This document shows, piece by piece, positions 1-12,463 of a DNA stretch of 64,000 nt. Position 1 is the first letter of the stretch; each line of letters begins with the position of its first letter. The translations under genes were made by a program, and so were the position numbers. The notes below the pieces were generated by a model. It was not told the origin of the DNA. It did not search any database and was given only the letters and a program-made list of their open reading frames with translations. This stretch comes from Dudresnaya verticillata (lineage: Eukaryota): assembly GCA_977862235.1 (NCBI GenBank), contig OZ374565.1, positions 434,001 to 498,000 of the forward strand, in the 5' to 3' direction.

Positions 1-327
1 GAATGACTTTCCGTCCGTCCCCGACCCTCTGTGGGACGGCGGGTGTGAACACATCCACCTGTTCAGGTCTATCTGACTTGGAGCGGATCCCGCGAGCATG
101 CGGGCCACAAATACTGTGGGTCGCTTTGAGCCGTCCGGCTGTAGAAATAATAAAGGCAGCACGCTGGCGTCGAACGACGACGACGAGGGACAACACACCA
201 CTCCTCATCCACGCCGTGACTTTGCCTTCCACTTTGCCAACCCCAACTTTCTCTCTACCGACCTTTTACTTTTCCTTTTCGCGTTCGCGATCTACTGCTT
301 CGAAGGCAAAAGCGGTTACGCGTCACA
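1..327 (+). mobile_element. 3' part of a Gypsy element A-family LTR (cut by window start)
   Basis: Matches 44162-44488, ends ...GCGTCACA and has the same 3' flank AGAGC. Confidence 0.95.
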
Positions 328-1785
328 AGAGCAATGAGGAAGCGATGATTCTTTTTAATGAATGTGTACGGTGGTCTTATGCGTGGGGCTGTTCCCGACA
401 GGCAAGCATACCGGTGGGGTTTGGGTCTATCCTATGGAAGGGTTTGAGTTATGTGAGAACCTAAAGGGTTTTTTGGGGGACCCGAAAGGGTAAATTCGTG
501 CCTGCAGGCGTCTCGGATGGACGAGATTGCACCGACGATGGCGCAGAGATTACATGCGCCAAGTGATGGTAGCGAAAGGGCTTTCAGAGAATGGGCCAGG
601 AGTTGGGCTTCTTCGTCGAAAAATGGGTACCGAGGCGGGATGAGGAACGTCCAGACGTGCCACTGATTTCCGCTTTCCTCCTCTGCGGTTCGACAACTTC
701 AAGACAGGTGCTAACCGGTTTGCAGAGTACACAGGGCCAGGGAATCGCCCAGATAATTCCGCAAACCATTCTTGTAGCAGCGCTTCGCGCAATTCCCTCT
801 GCGCTCCTGTGTGTCGGGGTGCTTGGCACCAAAAACACGTTGTGTAGTCTTAACAGCAAGTGTTATTTGAGCAAGCCGGGAGCTCAGAAGTTTTGCTACG
901 TCAACAAGGTTTCGTAACCCGCGCGCATCATAGTGCCCTAAAACGTATGCTGAGCGTTAGAAAAGGATGTTCGATGCGGAAGAGGTCCCTGAGATCCTGC
1001 TAACGTGTGGCAGTGGTAACAAAATTGCCGTCAGGAACGCAAAAGCTGCTCTAGAAGTCACTCAGAGGGACACAGGTGTAGAGAAACCTCGGGGTAGAGG
1101 ACAGGAGTCCGTCTACAGTACGTTTAATGTGGTGAAGTGGGGTCGGCTGCGTACGAGCGCAGATGAAGTGCCTAGATACGCAGGGTAGTGTGCAATCGCA
1201 AGCGTAGGTTCAGATGCCGCAGGTCTTCACTTAGGCTGAAATGTATAGGACTATTGCCGATTGGCATCACAACACTTTACGTATTTGTACAGACGGACCT
1301 ACGCTGTATAGCGACTAACTTACCCAAGAGCCGGCAGCTCACACTGTTGCTCAGTCAGCAGTGGCTGCGACGCTTCCCCGGCTCGGGTTCACGGAGAGCG
1401 CCTCTGGGTGGCGCTTCGGCCAAAAGACACAGCCAATCATGGCGGTTTACATTTACGGTGCCGTCACGAAACGCAAACCGCGAAGCTCCGCACCAATTAC
1501 AAAGCGGAGCGCCGCTTAACATTAATTTTGTGCACTCTACAGTACGCACTGTACTCTAATTTATGGGAAAATTCCCCCGGTCAAGGACACGCGATGGACT
1601 CCGCGATAAGTTAGAGCGAGGATGGTATGCCGCGGCACGGAGGGGAAGGGTATTCGGTCAATGCAAAGTTTACTTAGGCGTTACAACGCGGAAAGGTCCA
1701 CTAGCTAATCGGGCGCTCCCCCACTCACACCAATCTACTATCCCTAGGGAGCGTCCGATGCGAGCACTACAATGAGGAAATGACG

Positions 1786-4116
1786 TCAGTCCGAGTCAGA
1801 GTCCATTAGGTCAATGACTTCGTTTGGGCGCAACGGCGGATTCGCAACGGGGCCTTGCCCTGGCATCATGGTCACGCGACGGACCTCGCGTACCATGCGA
1901 CGACCGCGGCCGCGCCGAGCTCCGACTCCCCGCGCCGTAACTTCACCACCCGCCTCGCTAGGCCCGGAATCTCCATCGCCAGACGGCGCGTCACCCTCCT
2001 GGACACCCATGTCCTCTTCCTAGAGCTCCTCCTTGAGCAGCAGCTCCGTCTTGACAATAACCTCTTGCGGCTCAGCCGCCGCCGGGGGAGATTCAACGGC
2101 GTTAGCAGGAAGGGTCAGCTCGAGTTGCAAACCATGGCCAGCGGGCACTTCTGGCACGGGTAGGTTGACCGTTACCTCCATGGGTGAAGAAGTCGGGGCG
2201 CTCTCCTCAACGGCTCCTACCGCCAGCTGCGAAGCTGCAGCGGTTGGAGAATTGGTATGCGGACCCGAGGTAGCGACGGAAGACCCTTCACGCGGAACAG
2301 CGGATGTATCGGCAAGCGTGCCCTCGCGCGGATCCGCACCCTGTCTACCACCGACTGGTGCCACGGGAGCACCCATACTTGGCAGCGAAACAGCGCGACT
2401 GTCTTGATGACCCAAGCCCAAACGGGAACGGCGCTGAAGTCGCGGGTCTCTTGAAACGGAAGCGGAAGCTGAGGCGCTCGGCGCGCTCGCCGCAGCTGAA
2501 GGATCTGCCACAGCGGAACCCAACACACTCGGCGCGCTCGCCGCAGCCGAAGGGCCTGGAGCCACGGCACTCGTCGGAGCTTCCTGAGCCTGCTCCGACT
2601 CCACGACGGTCTGCTGACCGACAGGCGGAAGCGCGGCTAACGACGCCTTCAACGCCTCGATGGGCCCCGGTGAGCTCACCCAGTTCGACTCATAGTTGCA
2701 AAGGACGTCTTCGACCCAATCCGCGAGACTGTAGAGAGTCAGATGGGTCACCTCCCAATGGACAGCCAAGCGGATGGCGAGACCTCGACGGTTGAATAAG
2801 TCCCGAATGGCGGCATCAGCCCTTGCGACGTTTCGCACTCTGGGTGCGTACGGACCCTGGGGCTGTCCCGACACAGTAGTGTCCATCGGCGGCACGTCAG
2901 CCGGAGTCGCGGGAGCCTCGCCGGAAGCACTATGCCAGTCTTTGGTGTAACCAGTCATGCGCTCACCGGTGTCAACGAGAAGCGTCTCACCTTCGGCGGG
3001 TTGCGGTTGCAGCAGATACTACGGTAGGAGAGGGTGCCACTGCACCGGGTCGAAGTCGACCCAATCACCACGGTCGTACACCGGCGTCACAAACCCGGTG
3101 TCCTCCGGAAGGTAGCGATTGCGCTTGCTCACACGACTCCAACGAATGCGTTCGACGAACACGAGGAGCGCCTCCAAATCCGTAGCGTCGACAGCTGTCG
3201 TGGTGAGTAGGCCAATTCCAAGTCCCCGGATCTCGGTGCGCAGACCTGCGTTGATGTAATACAAGTACCCCCGACGGGCTTCATACATGAAGGTCTGCGC
3301 CACCATCACCACCCATTCGCTACGGAAGATCATCCACAAGAGGCCATGATGATAGCTTTCGTGCATCATATCAAGGCCTCTATACGCCACGACTGGGGGT
3401 GTGCCGACAGGCATGGAGTAGGAAACTTCGTACTCACGATGATCCGTGGGAATAGGGACGTACTTCCCCGTGTAGAACTCGGGCTTGATGGCCACCACTT
3501 CTTGGCAGTGCGCCGGCACGAAGCACCCGGTCCGATGACGATGACGACGCTCGAAGCGAAGGAGCTCGCGAGACATCACTGTCTGCGGATTGTCCAATGC
3601 GTACTTGAAGTTGGACGTCTCGTCCCACCACGTAATGCGCGCCATCGTGAATGGATAGTTATCCCGACCGGGGCGGATGAGTGGTCGTTCAAAAGCGACC
3701 AACTCCAGGCTGTAGCCTCCCTTCGCGTGGAACTCAATCAGCTCCGGCATGAACTCCATGAAGGCTTGAGAGTGGTGCTCCACGTAACGTTGCTCGAAGA
3801 GGAAGCGCACCATCGCGAGGTCCCACTTGTGGTTCGTTGGCAACGGCGGAAGCGCGATATTGGTCCCTCGCAGGATACCAATTCGCTCACGAATGAGAAA
3901 CTCCCACGAGCGGGCTTGAGCGCGATGACGGCCATAACGGCGGATATCTTCACGACGCGCACCGGCGGTGGCCCGAATATGGGTGAGGTCCGTTCGGAGC
4001 AGCCAGTCGCGGCTCTTCGTGATAGACAAAGGCACACCTGCCGCATCAACGCCAAACCCGAGGACAGCCGAGCTAGAGCCCGCCTGCCCATACGGGAGGT
4101 TGGGAGTCGTCGCCAT
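1786..4116 (-). pseudogene. Antisense accessory ORF of LTR element B (~776 codons, two in-frame TAG stops), unknown function
   Basis: ORFs 3019-4116, 2020-2958 and 1786-2010 are all in one frame, separated only by TAG codons at 3019-3021 and 2020-2022. The N-terminal half looks globular, the C-terminal half is Ala/Ser/Pro-rich and ends EVIDLMDSDSD. It lies just 5' of the PPT and LTR at 4879-5692. Confidence 0.75.
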
Positions 4117-4606
4117 GCGGGCCGAAAAGAGTAGTGAAGCGGAGCGCCGCGCGGATGAGATCTTCTACTTGAGTTCTTCTCCCTGAAGCTTGAAAACTTG
4201 AAGGTCTTCTGCCTGAGGTCTTCTACCTGAAAGCTTGAGCCTGAGACTTGATGGTCTTCTCCCTGAGATTCTTGAAGGTGTAGCAACACCGGCACAACCG
4301 GCCGCGCCAACAAGGCGATGAGAAGCGACGGCGAAGCGCGCAGTCGCGTGAGCACCGCTCCGAAGCAGCTCGCGGAAGCGCCGCTGCGTACGACGCCGTG
4401 CAGGGAAGGGCGAGCGCGATTCGCGTTATGAAAGGAAAGACGCGCACGCCGCGTGGGAGTAATGAAGGATGAAGGCCGGAGGGCGACAAAGGAGGAGAGA
4501 GAAGGAAGCCGATGGCGCAGCGCAGCTGGGAACGTTGAAGAGCGTTGAGTTGCTGCGGGCTGTTGATGCCGAGACGTGAGAAGTCGCAATCGGGTTGCAA
4601 CCCTTT

Positions 4607-4618
4607 GCTTATATAGCC
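4607..4618 (-). promoter_or_regulatory. Putative TATA box for the antisense ORF
   Basis: Minus strand reads GGCTATATAAGC in GC-rich context, about 490 bp upstream of the ATG at 4116. Confidence 0.45.
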
Positions 4619-4891
4619 GCGCCGCCGCGCCAAAATTGGCTCACGCAAACTCGTGAGCCGCAATGCTCACGAGTCGCCGACGTCGAGACGGGCGTGCCCG
4701 CACACTGAGGTGATGGTCCGCGATGACACGCATGTAACCCGGGCCTGCACGGCCGCTGGCCCGACTTAATTCCCCACCGGGCGCGATACATAGACAGACG
4801 TTGGGCGCTCAACCGCTCAGGAAGGAGATTTAAGATTCAGAAACCGCCAATCATAGCCTCGCGGGCCGCTTCGGTCTTCAGAGGGGGGCTG

Positions 4892-5692
4892 TGTGGCAGT
4901 ATGGACGCTGTCAGCAGAAGGGCTTACAGAAGCGCACTTCTTTTCGCGGGACAGACTGTCCCTTAATCAGGACAGCTGTCCTTTCATCGCTGTACACGTG
5001 GATGACACTTGGGATACACGTGTGTACACGTGGACTTACAGCTGCACACGTGGCATACACGTGGCCTTGTAATGACGCCAGTTGGGCGTCTCGTATTGGC
5101 TGATTTATGACGCGCCGCTGCGCTCCTACTCACGGACGAGGAGCACCTCTGCGCTCAGGGTATCGACAGTGCAGCCGGGACCTCGGCTTGCGCACCGGCG
5201 CATCCGCCACCAAGTCCCCTAACTGGAATGCATTCCCACTTTTGACTTGTACTGACTGTACTAATCTTTGTATCTATAATCGTAGACTAACTTATACCCC
5301 CTTTTGGGCTGATAGAGTTTTCGGCTGTCAAGCCCTACTTATGGGCGCCGGAATAGCCGGCGCCCTCAGAATAAACACTCAGCGGAGTTGTCCGGGAAGT
5401 TTCCATCTTTTGGTCGCTCGGACGCTCCGCGCCTGCAGGGGTCGCCCAGTACAGGCCCGGACATCGTACGACAAGTACTCTACGAAACACCGGGTCGCAA
5501 CCTCTATACTTTCCTTCAGTCGGTCGCGCCGAGTCTTTACCTTGCTTCCGCACCCCCCCTTTCGGGTCATCAGGGCCCGCCTTTTCCAAGCCTCTACCAA
5601 TCCTCCCTCGAGCTACCACCAATTAGCGTGTGACATCGGACAGCTGTCTTTTCTTGTTCTTTGCTGTTTCTGGCCGCTGCCATACTGCTACA
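4892..5692 (+). mobile_element. 3' LTR of Gypsy element B (801 bp)
   Basis: Inverted termini TGTGGCAGTATGG...CCATACTGCTACA, preceded by PPT-like CAGAGGGGGGC (4879-4889). No partner 5' LTR was found. Confidence 0.88.
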
Positions 5693-6018
5693 GCTCACAC
5701 CGCGGAAGGGCAAGGCTAAGGTTGATAAGAACAACAGGTCCAAAGACGGTCAGAAAGGCAGTGCTACCGACCGGGGAAACTCCGTAAACAATGCAGGGAA
5801 GGACCGGGAACGTCCTGCGCCTATTTTTCTAAACGAGGTCTGTGCGAAGAAGTGGAAGCTCCATCCTGGAGGGGTTCGTAATTGCCCGTTCACCGACCCT
5901 GAGAAGGCTGAGGCCGTGATCAAGGAACACATTACCCGCAAGTGAGATAAGGCTGAGGAGGCAAGGCAGGTTCGCTTCGACCAACAAGACATTTATGTGA
6001 ATACTACGCTAATGGGAG

Positions 6019-6692
6019 TGTGGTGTAGTGAGCCGAGGCGCGCATGCGGCACGCCGACGGCGAGCGAACCGTAACGGGTGATGTGGCAATACGCCACGCT
6101 GATGATCTGGCAACTGTAATCGTGGCGGGTGTGTGCGCATTACTGTGCACTTGTCTGCATCGCTGTACTGTAAGTGGAGCGCACCAAACGTAGCGGAGTA
6201 TTTGTAGTCTTTATTCTTTATTTTTAGTGAGTCTGTGTACAGTGTGTAGAGTAGCGCGCCAGCCAATGAGAATGCTGCGCATGTCCGTGTCGGAGATTCG
6301 GACCAGCAGGGCCAATTCCACCATAGGACCAGACCACTAGGGTCCGGCCCCCACGGACCGGACCGCTCGGTGCCACCCTGACTTGTATATCAGGGCGGCA
6401 CCGCAGCGGCTCCTAAGGTAAAGGGGTAAGCAACCTTAGCCCAATCCTTTGCGGTTTTCCCCGCGCCGAGCCCGTTGCAGTCTACCACCACCACCGTTAC
6501 GGAGTCCGTCCCGGCACTTGTACCACCCCCTTGTCTGTTGCTTCCGAATATCCGTCTCGGTTAGCCGCTCGCTGTACTCCCGTTTCGGTGCGAACTGCTC
6601 TACCACCCCGTGGAGGTAGTGTTGCTCTCGTCCGTTAAGGAAAGTCAGGCCAGCTGTCCGTCTCGGAGTTCGTTGGTTTTCACTACACCACA
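6019..6692 (+). mobile_element. Solo LTR D (674 bp)
   Basis: Termini TGTGGTGTAGTG...CACTACACCACA with perfect TSD GGGAG (6014-6018 / 6693-6697). Internally similar to LTR F. Confidence 0.95.
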
Positions 6693-6818
6693 GGGAGCTA
6701 CATTCGCTGGGCTAGTGGAACGCACGACGTGTGCTGATGGCGTTTCAGACATAAATTTGATGCCGCCAGGACTGTATGCCACACTTCTAGAGAAGAGAGC
6801 AGACATGTCAGTGAAGAC

Positions 6819-7592
6819 TGTAATATAGACGTCGGGTCGATCTGACGTCTGGTACTTGCTGGTCCGAAGCCGCCAAACAGACCCGTCGATGGGTAGCTGT
6901 TGGGGTTGGTAGAGCGGTGTCGGCCGCGTGCGCCCCGCAGGTGCGGATCGACGACGTCGATGCCGAAGCGCGCACGGGGCGTACCGTACGTGGGTAGGCA
7001 GCGGCCGGATCCCAGCGTTCCTGTCGAAGGGCGGCACGAAGCCGACGGAAAGGAAAAGGAAAGGGGAAAGCCTAGCGAGGCAAGGTGAAAAAGGGAAACC
7101 GCCCGCTGGCGTACGGCATAGGGATCGAACCCGAAAAGGCTGGGGGCAAGCTTCAGCGCGAGCTGTTGCTTACCCGGTTTACTGAGCCGTCGATGGCCGA
7201 CGGTCTTAAATACCCTACACTATGTGCACTACGACTAATTCTACAGTAGGTGCGCCCCACAACACCAACGCGGGAGGTGTGCGAGCGCGCGCCCATACAC
7301 GTGTCGACACGTCCGGGTAACGGTTACCCGTGGGCGCGCGCGGGGCGTAACGGGCAGCGGCCCTCTCAACGGCTCGATGCCGGAGAGCGTCACAGGGGCG
7401 CGCCATGTGCGGCACGGCGCGTGGCCGCTGCCGGCAGCAATGCGGTCGACCGCTACTAATTCAACGAAAAAACGAAGGGCACGCTGCCCAACCACGACTC
7501 GCCAGCGGGCGTCATCGTGTGCACCCTTACAGTGCAGAGCTGCCAGCATACCTTACAGCCGCTGCTGGTAGGGTGCTGACAGCTATACTACA
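6819..7592 (-). mobile_element. Solo LTR E (774 bp)
   Basis: Termini TGTAATATAG...CTATACTACA with perfect TSD AAGAC (6814-6818 / 7593-7597); the protease frame resumes after it. Strand inferred from a TATA-hairpin-AGTAAA block resembling LTR 30768-31606. Confidence 0.93.
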
Positions 7593-9007
7593 AAGACGTT
7601 TGAAAAGACAAATAAGTTCGGGCTAGCAGCGTCCGACTGTCATGTCCAGTACAGTAAGGAGGTGTCTCTTGACACCGAACTCCACATAAGGCACGGTAAA
7701 TCACTGATGATACGGAACCTAAAGTGGTATGCGTCAGTCCAGAAAATGAAAGAGCCGTTTTTGGGACGCCCGATTCAAGAAGCCCTGGGATTAGATGCTA
7801 AGAAGATGTTAAAGGCAACGTGCGATAGGTACCGAGGGATGGTAGATGCTAATGATTTAGTAGAAAGCGAGGAGTACGTAGAAGGTTCGATAGCTAGGAT
7901 CCTGTCATCGAGACTCTTCCACTCGGACAAGGCAGCGACGGAGGATGATTCCGCAGCAGAAGAAGGGCATTCGATTGATCTTGGAATCGATACGCCGGAG
8001 GAGCTAGATGCAGCATTTAATAGGATGCTCAGGCAAGCAGAAGAGAATGGGATTAGTCAACCAGGATTGGAATATATGCGAAAATTGTTGGGCGAGTACT
8101 CTGACGTGTTCTGCGTAAGATTAGGCCTCGGGCTGCCAGCGGACGTGGAGCCAATGCAAGTACACATCAAGGAAGGTTTGGTCCCATATATTGCGAAGGC
8201 ACGGTGTTAGCCAACTGATCAACGTGCGTTCATGTCGAAGTTTATGAGCAGACTGATCGACTATGGTATGGCAAAGCCCAACCCGAATGCTGAATGGGCT
8301 GCGCCTGCGCTACTGGTCCCGAAGAACCCCCGGCGAAATACAGACTCACTTTCGATCTGAGACGAGTTAATCAGTGTACGAAACCCACGACGTGGCCAAT
8401 GCCACAAATACAGTCCGAGCTCATGGACTTCTCTGGGAGTGGATTCTTCGCGAGTATTGATTTCTGTAACGGATATTGGCAGATGCCGTTACACCAGGAC
8501 AGCCAGGCCTATCACAGTTTCCTGACACCTACATGGGCATGTCAGCCGACGAGAACCCTTCAGGGCGCCCAGAACGCCGCCCAAAACTTCCAGTCAAGGG
8601 TGGAACCGTGTTTCAGAGAGTTGAAGGAATTGCTAAAGGCATTGCTCGACGATTTTGCAGTACATAATCGGCCGGAGGCTGGTCTGATACAAACTCTAAG
8701 GTCATTCTTTGAAATATGCAGATAGAGAAACTTGAAGATCTCAGCAAGAAGACGGTATTATTCGCTAGGACACTGCGTTGGTGCGGATACGTTGTCGACA
8801 AGGACGGGGTGGAATGCGACCCGCGTCGGCTCAGCGGCCTGAAGGACGGGCACCCACCCGTCAATGCAGCAGAATTGTCTCAGTTTGTCAATTGTCTCCA
8901 ATGCATGAGCGCGTACATCCCAGACTTTGCGCAAAGGATCTTGTGCACAGATCTCGCCACTACGTGATGTACTAGAACGGTCTCAACTCCTTCAGGAGTA
9001 GACTACG

Positions 9008-11095
9008 TTACGGTCTTCTTCGGCGACGAGGTCGTGCGGTGGCCCCACGCCTTGATGGCTTCTCCACCCGGGGATTCTCTGGGCACAAGGACCCTGGGGT
9101 CCTCGCGCCCCTCTCGATCTCGTCAACGCCTACTGGTGTAATCTCGTCAGGGGGTGGACTGTCCAGTCGCCCCTGTAACGGATATACACCGGATGGAGTT
9201 CCCCACTCGCACGACAACGGAATCCTTGATGGCCCCTCCGTCATGGGGTACAACCTCGAGCGGGAGCGCATCGCGTGCCAGCTCGACATTTGCTCGTTGA
9301 TTAACCACACCGGCTCGGGGTCTTCTTCTGACGGGAAATAGGCCATCTCACATCCAGAGTTGAGCGGTGGCAACAACAGCAGGCCGTCTTCATCCCAATG
9401 GTAACCGGTAAACCCTGGGTTCTCTACCATTTGGTTTTCGCGTGGACCGTGAATGAAGAGTCGCTCAACACGCGCCAAAGGGTATTCGGTCCCCTCGACC
9501 AGCCGGGCTACTCCAACTTGGTGTATAAGCGCAACCACCTTGCCGGGAAATTTGAAGATTCGCCCACACTCGCCACCCTCCGGGTCCGTCCTGTTCCGCG
9601 GGTATGCTCTCCAGTCGGTCATCTTCGAATTGGCTCTCATGCCCCGGTAGGTAACCTGTAACCACGAGAAAAGGACGAATATTGCCCATTCCGCTCGGCG
9701 TATCCGCCCCAACACGGTCATCAGTGGATGGTCAGCTGACTTCTCCCCACCTGGGTGTGCAGCTTGCCAGTCGTGATGCTGTATAAACCGATTGGAGAAA
9801 TAAGCCACCACCGTCGGAGTTGGCACTGACAACCAACGGGTGACTTAGTACTCAGCCCTCCAATCCGGAGCGGTGCAGTACAGTCGACGATGCGCGCTCC
9901 CGGCGCCACCTGGAAAAACTCGTTCGTGTTCCAAGTATGGAGTATCACCCTTCTGAGGTGGCGCACGTCTCTACCCCGCAACAGGATCCGGTGTTCTTTC
10001 GCTGCGTCATCCGCCCACCGTTGCAGATTCCCAAACCAGTGGAAGCCTTGGTAGTACGGCTTCTCGTAGCACAGGAAGAAGACACGAACTGCAAGGTCTC
10101 GCAGTCGATGGGCCAGCGCCAGCAGCCGACACACCTTGTTGGGGTAGCCTTCCTGTTCCTGACACCTCAACCACAACGATGTCGCAACCGGTTGGAGTCC
10201 TCACTCTACAATTTGAGTGGATCCACCTAGCCCTCCACATCTCCTCACGCCGATTCGGGAACCACTTGTTGTTGATTTACCCACTGGAGTCCGTTACGGC
10301 GCTATAGCGACGTCCCGGGAGGTTTTCACCATCGTTTGCCACGAGCACCGCTACCGGCATGGGGAGGAGGACCATATCAGGCTCCTCTTCAGTACGCTGC
10401 CGCCGGCCGGTACGGTGATCATAGTCCCGACCCGGCAACGTTCTTTCATCGGTGTATCCCGTCGATTCCGCGTGCCCATGGTAGCTCCCTTGCGTTCCCG
10501 GCGTATATGGCAGCGAGCCCGACGGTCCGCCGCCTGCACCCATGTGGAGTGGGGGTGAGGCTACTGCACCTCCAACTTGCCCATACGGGGGACCCGGCGC
10601 GTACGTCTCGTATCGCCGATGCGGAGTTGCCCGACGATAGCCAAGGGACCCCATCGCGGTGTTGCCTTTCGAGGGGCCAAGCCGTTGTGCCCCCAGCCCC
10701 ACTTGTCGATCCGGAGGCGGAGTAGGCGTCGTTGGAGCCTCGCCACCATCACGCCGCCTCGGCACCCGCGGGCTTATCGCACGTGTCGGCAACGCCGGTG
10801 TTGCGCTCGTTGCAGCCACAAACTCCGGCATGGTGTCCGCGGGCTCGCCGCCTTCTCCTTCTTCTGCTTCCGGCCCAGGAGCCTCTCCCACTAAGGGTGT
10901 ATGCCGTGTCGGATGGAAGGGGCGCCGTGCGCGGTCAGTGTTACTGCCCGCCATCGCTAGCGGCACATCGGGTTGGACTCGAGCGTTTGTGGATTTGCCC
11001 GAGGTGGAGCGCACTGTTGGTGTTAGTTCCGCTGTTGGATACACCTGAGTGGAGATGCCAAAGACGTGCTGCGGCGCACGAGGACGTGGCGCCAT
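9008..11095 (-). pseudogene. Antisense accessory ORF of LTR element F (~690 codons, disrupted), unknown function
   Basis: ORF 10277-11095 reads in frame through one TAA into the ORF starting at 10240, then frameshifts at ~10176 (absent in copy 2) and at ~9840 into ORF 9008-9832. It lies immediately 5' of the PPT and LTR F. Confidence 0.65.
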
Positions 11096-11110
11096 TGAAG
11101 AAGGGGGGTC

Positions 11111-11791
11111 TGTGGTGAAGTGTCCGTTTCGGAGTGCGGACGACGGGCGAGCCGACGTGCGACCGTCGACAACCCGCGCTCTGCTAAGCGCGCGTCAAAA
11201 GCCGAAGCGGGAGTACAGCGACACAGTAGCACTGTATGCCCTGCTGGAGTCTGCGCTCACCACCAATCGGAGCCAAGTAGTTGATTTATTTGTAATTAGG
11301 TAATTGTAATGATGCTGTACAGTACGTAGTGTCAGCCAGCCAATAAGAATGCCGAGCATGTCCGAAACGTTGACCGGGACCAGTAGGACCGGACCCACCT
11401 GGTGGACCAGACCCATTGGGGTCTGGCCCACACGGACCGGACCGCGGGGCGTATCTCCCAGTATAATAATGGGTGGCCACCGCGAGTCCTACAGTAAACG
11501 GGTACGCAACCCTGGGCAAAGTGACTCACCCTAAGCCTTACCCTCATACTCCTTTTCGGTTTCCCCTCGCCAGCCCGGTGCACGGATTCGTCTTACCTCC
11601 GTCCCGGCGTAGCTGTCCTGTCACTGTACCGTCCTCCTTGTCCGTTGCGTCCTGTTACTCCTTACAGGTGTTGCCGCTCTAGGTACTCCCTTCGGTCTAC
11701 GAACTAAGCTCTACCTCCCCGGTGCCGTGTTAGATCACTCCTTCTTGGGATTGCCTGATCAAATCTCCTTAAAGGTGCGCCTTTCACTACA
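11111..11791 (+). mobile_element. 3' LTR of Gypsy element F (681 bp)
   Basis: Termini TGTGGTGAAG...TTTCACTACA, preceded by PPT GAAGAAGGGGGG (11098-11108). Related to solo LTR D. Confidence 0.88.
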
Positions 11792-11820
11792 GCACATCAA
11801 GCGAAAACGTTTTGGGAGTG

Positions 11821-12463
11821 TGTAGTAGTATGGCCCGTCAAGGCAGAAACCCGCCAACCGGCAAGGACAGCTGTCCTGACGGTGCACAACACACTAGCTT
11901 GGGTAGCTCGGGAAAATGTTGGTAGAGACTTTGAAAGGCACAGAGCCTAAGGGAAAAGGGAAAAAATGGGCGGCGCCACCCAGCTCGCACAGAGCAACCG
12001 TCGTGTGGAGGCAAGGCTCGTAAAGCACCTGAAAGAGAGGTTACGGTGAGTCCGTGAATTCCAGAAAAAGGGTAAAGACCCAAAACCCACCGTGGGTTCT
12101 ATTCAGGAGGCCCCTGCTACTCAGGAGCCTATTAAGTATACAGAGCCGAAAATGCTCTTACCTCCTGTGAGCTATTCTAAGCTATTCTAACTGTCATTAT
12201 TAATCTAATTGTACTGTTGTCAGTTATAAATACGGATTAGTGGTAGTACCGCGTCGGGACGTGTGAGCGGCCACAATAAATTACCCAATGGCAATTTGCC
12301 ATCAAATTTGGTGCCAGCAGGGACGCCAGCGAGGAGCATCGCCCTTGCAGCACACGGTGCTTGTGCGCGCCTTACAGCTTGATGCGCGTGGCCGTCTTAC
12401 ACCTTAACGCGCACAAATGACTTACAGTGCGCCAGCACTTCTGCTGCGGCTCATTCTTCCACA
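11821..12463 (-). mobile_element. Solo LTR G (643 bp), B-like family
   Basis: Termini TGTAGTAGTATGG...TTCTTCCACA with near-TSD GAGTG/GAGGG. Shares blocks with 28203-28928 and with the reverse complement of LTR B. Confidence 0.8.

Larger units (their letters stand above)
5693..8940 (+). pseudogene. Gypsy element C fragment: gag C-terminus, aspartic protease and partial RT, interrupted by two solo LTRs
   Basis: Degenerate knuckle-like gag end (PIFLNEVCAKKWKLHP..NCP), protease CADGVSDINL, and RT motifs YRLTFDLRRVN, WPMPQI, FASIDFCNGYWQ, LLDD. Colinear with element A pol; contains stops and frameshifts. Confidence 0.9.

Noticed and set aside
328..1640. Possible degraded minus-strand coding remnant (e.g. 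QWHVWTFLIPPRYPFFDEEAQLL near 590-680)
   Set aside because: Short, interrupted by stops, and no family recognisable by eye.
3346..4589. Long overlapping ORFs 3346-4134(+) and 3738-4589(-)
   Set aside because: Shadow frames of the GC-rich antisense gene with Arg/Ser-rich, non-protein-like composition.
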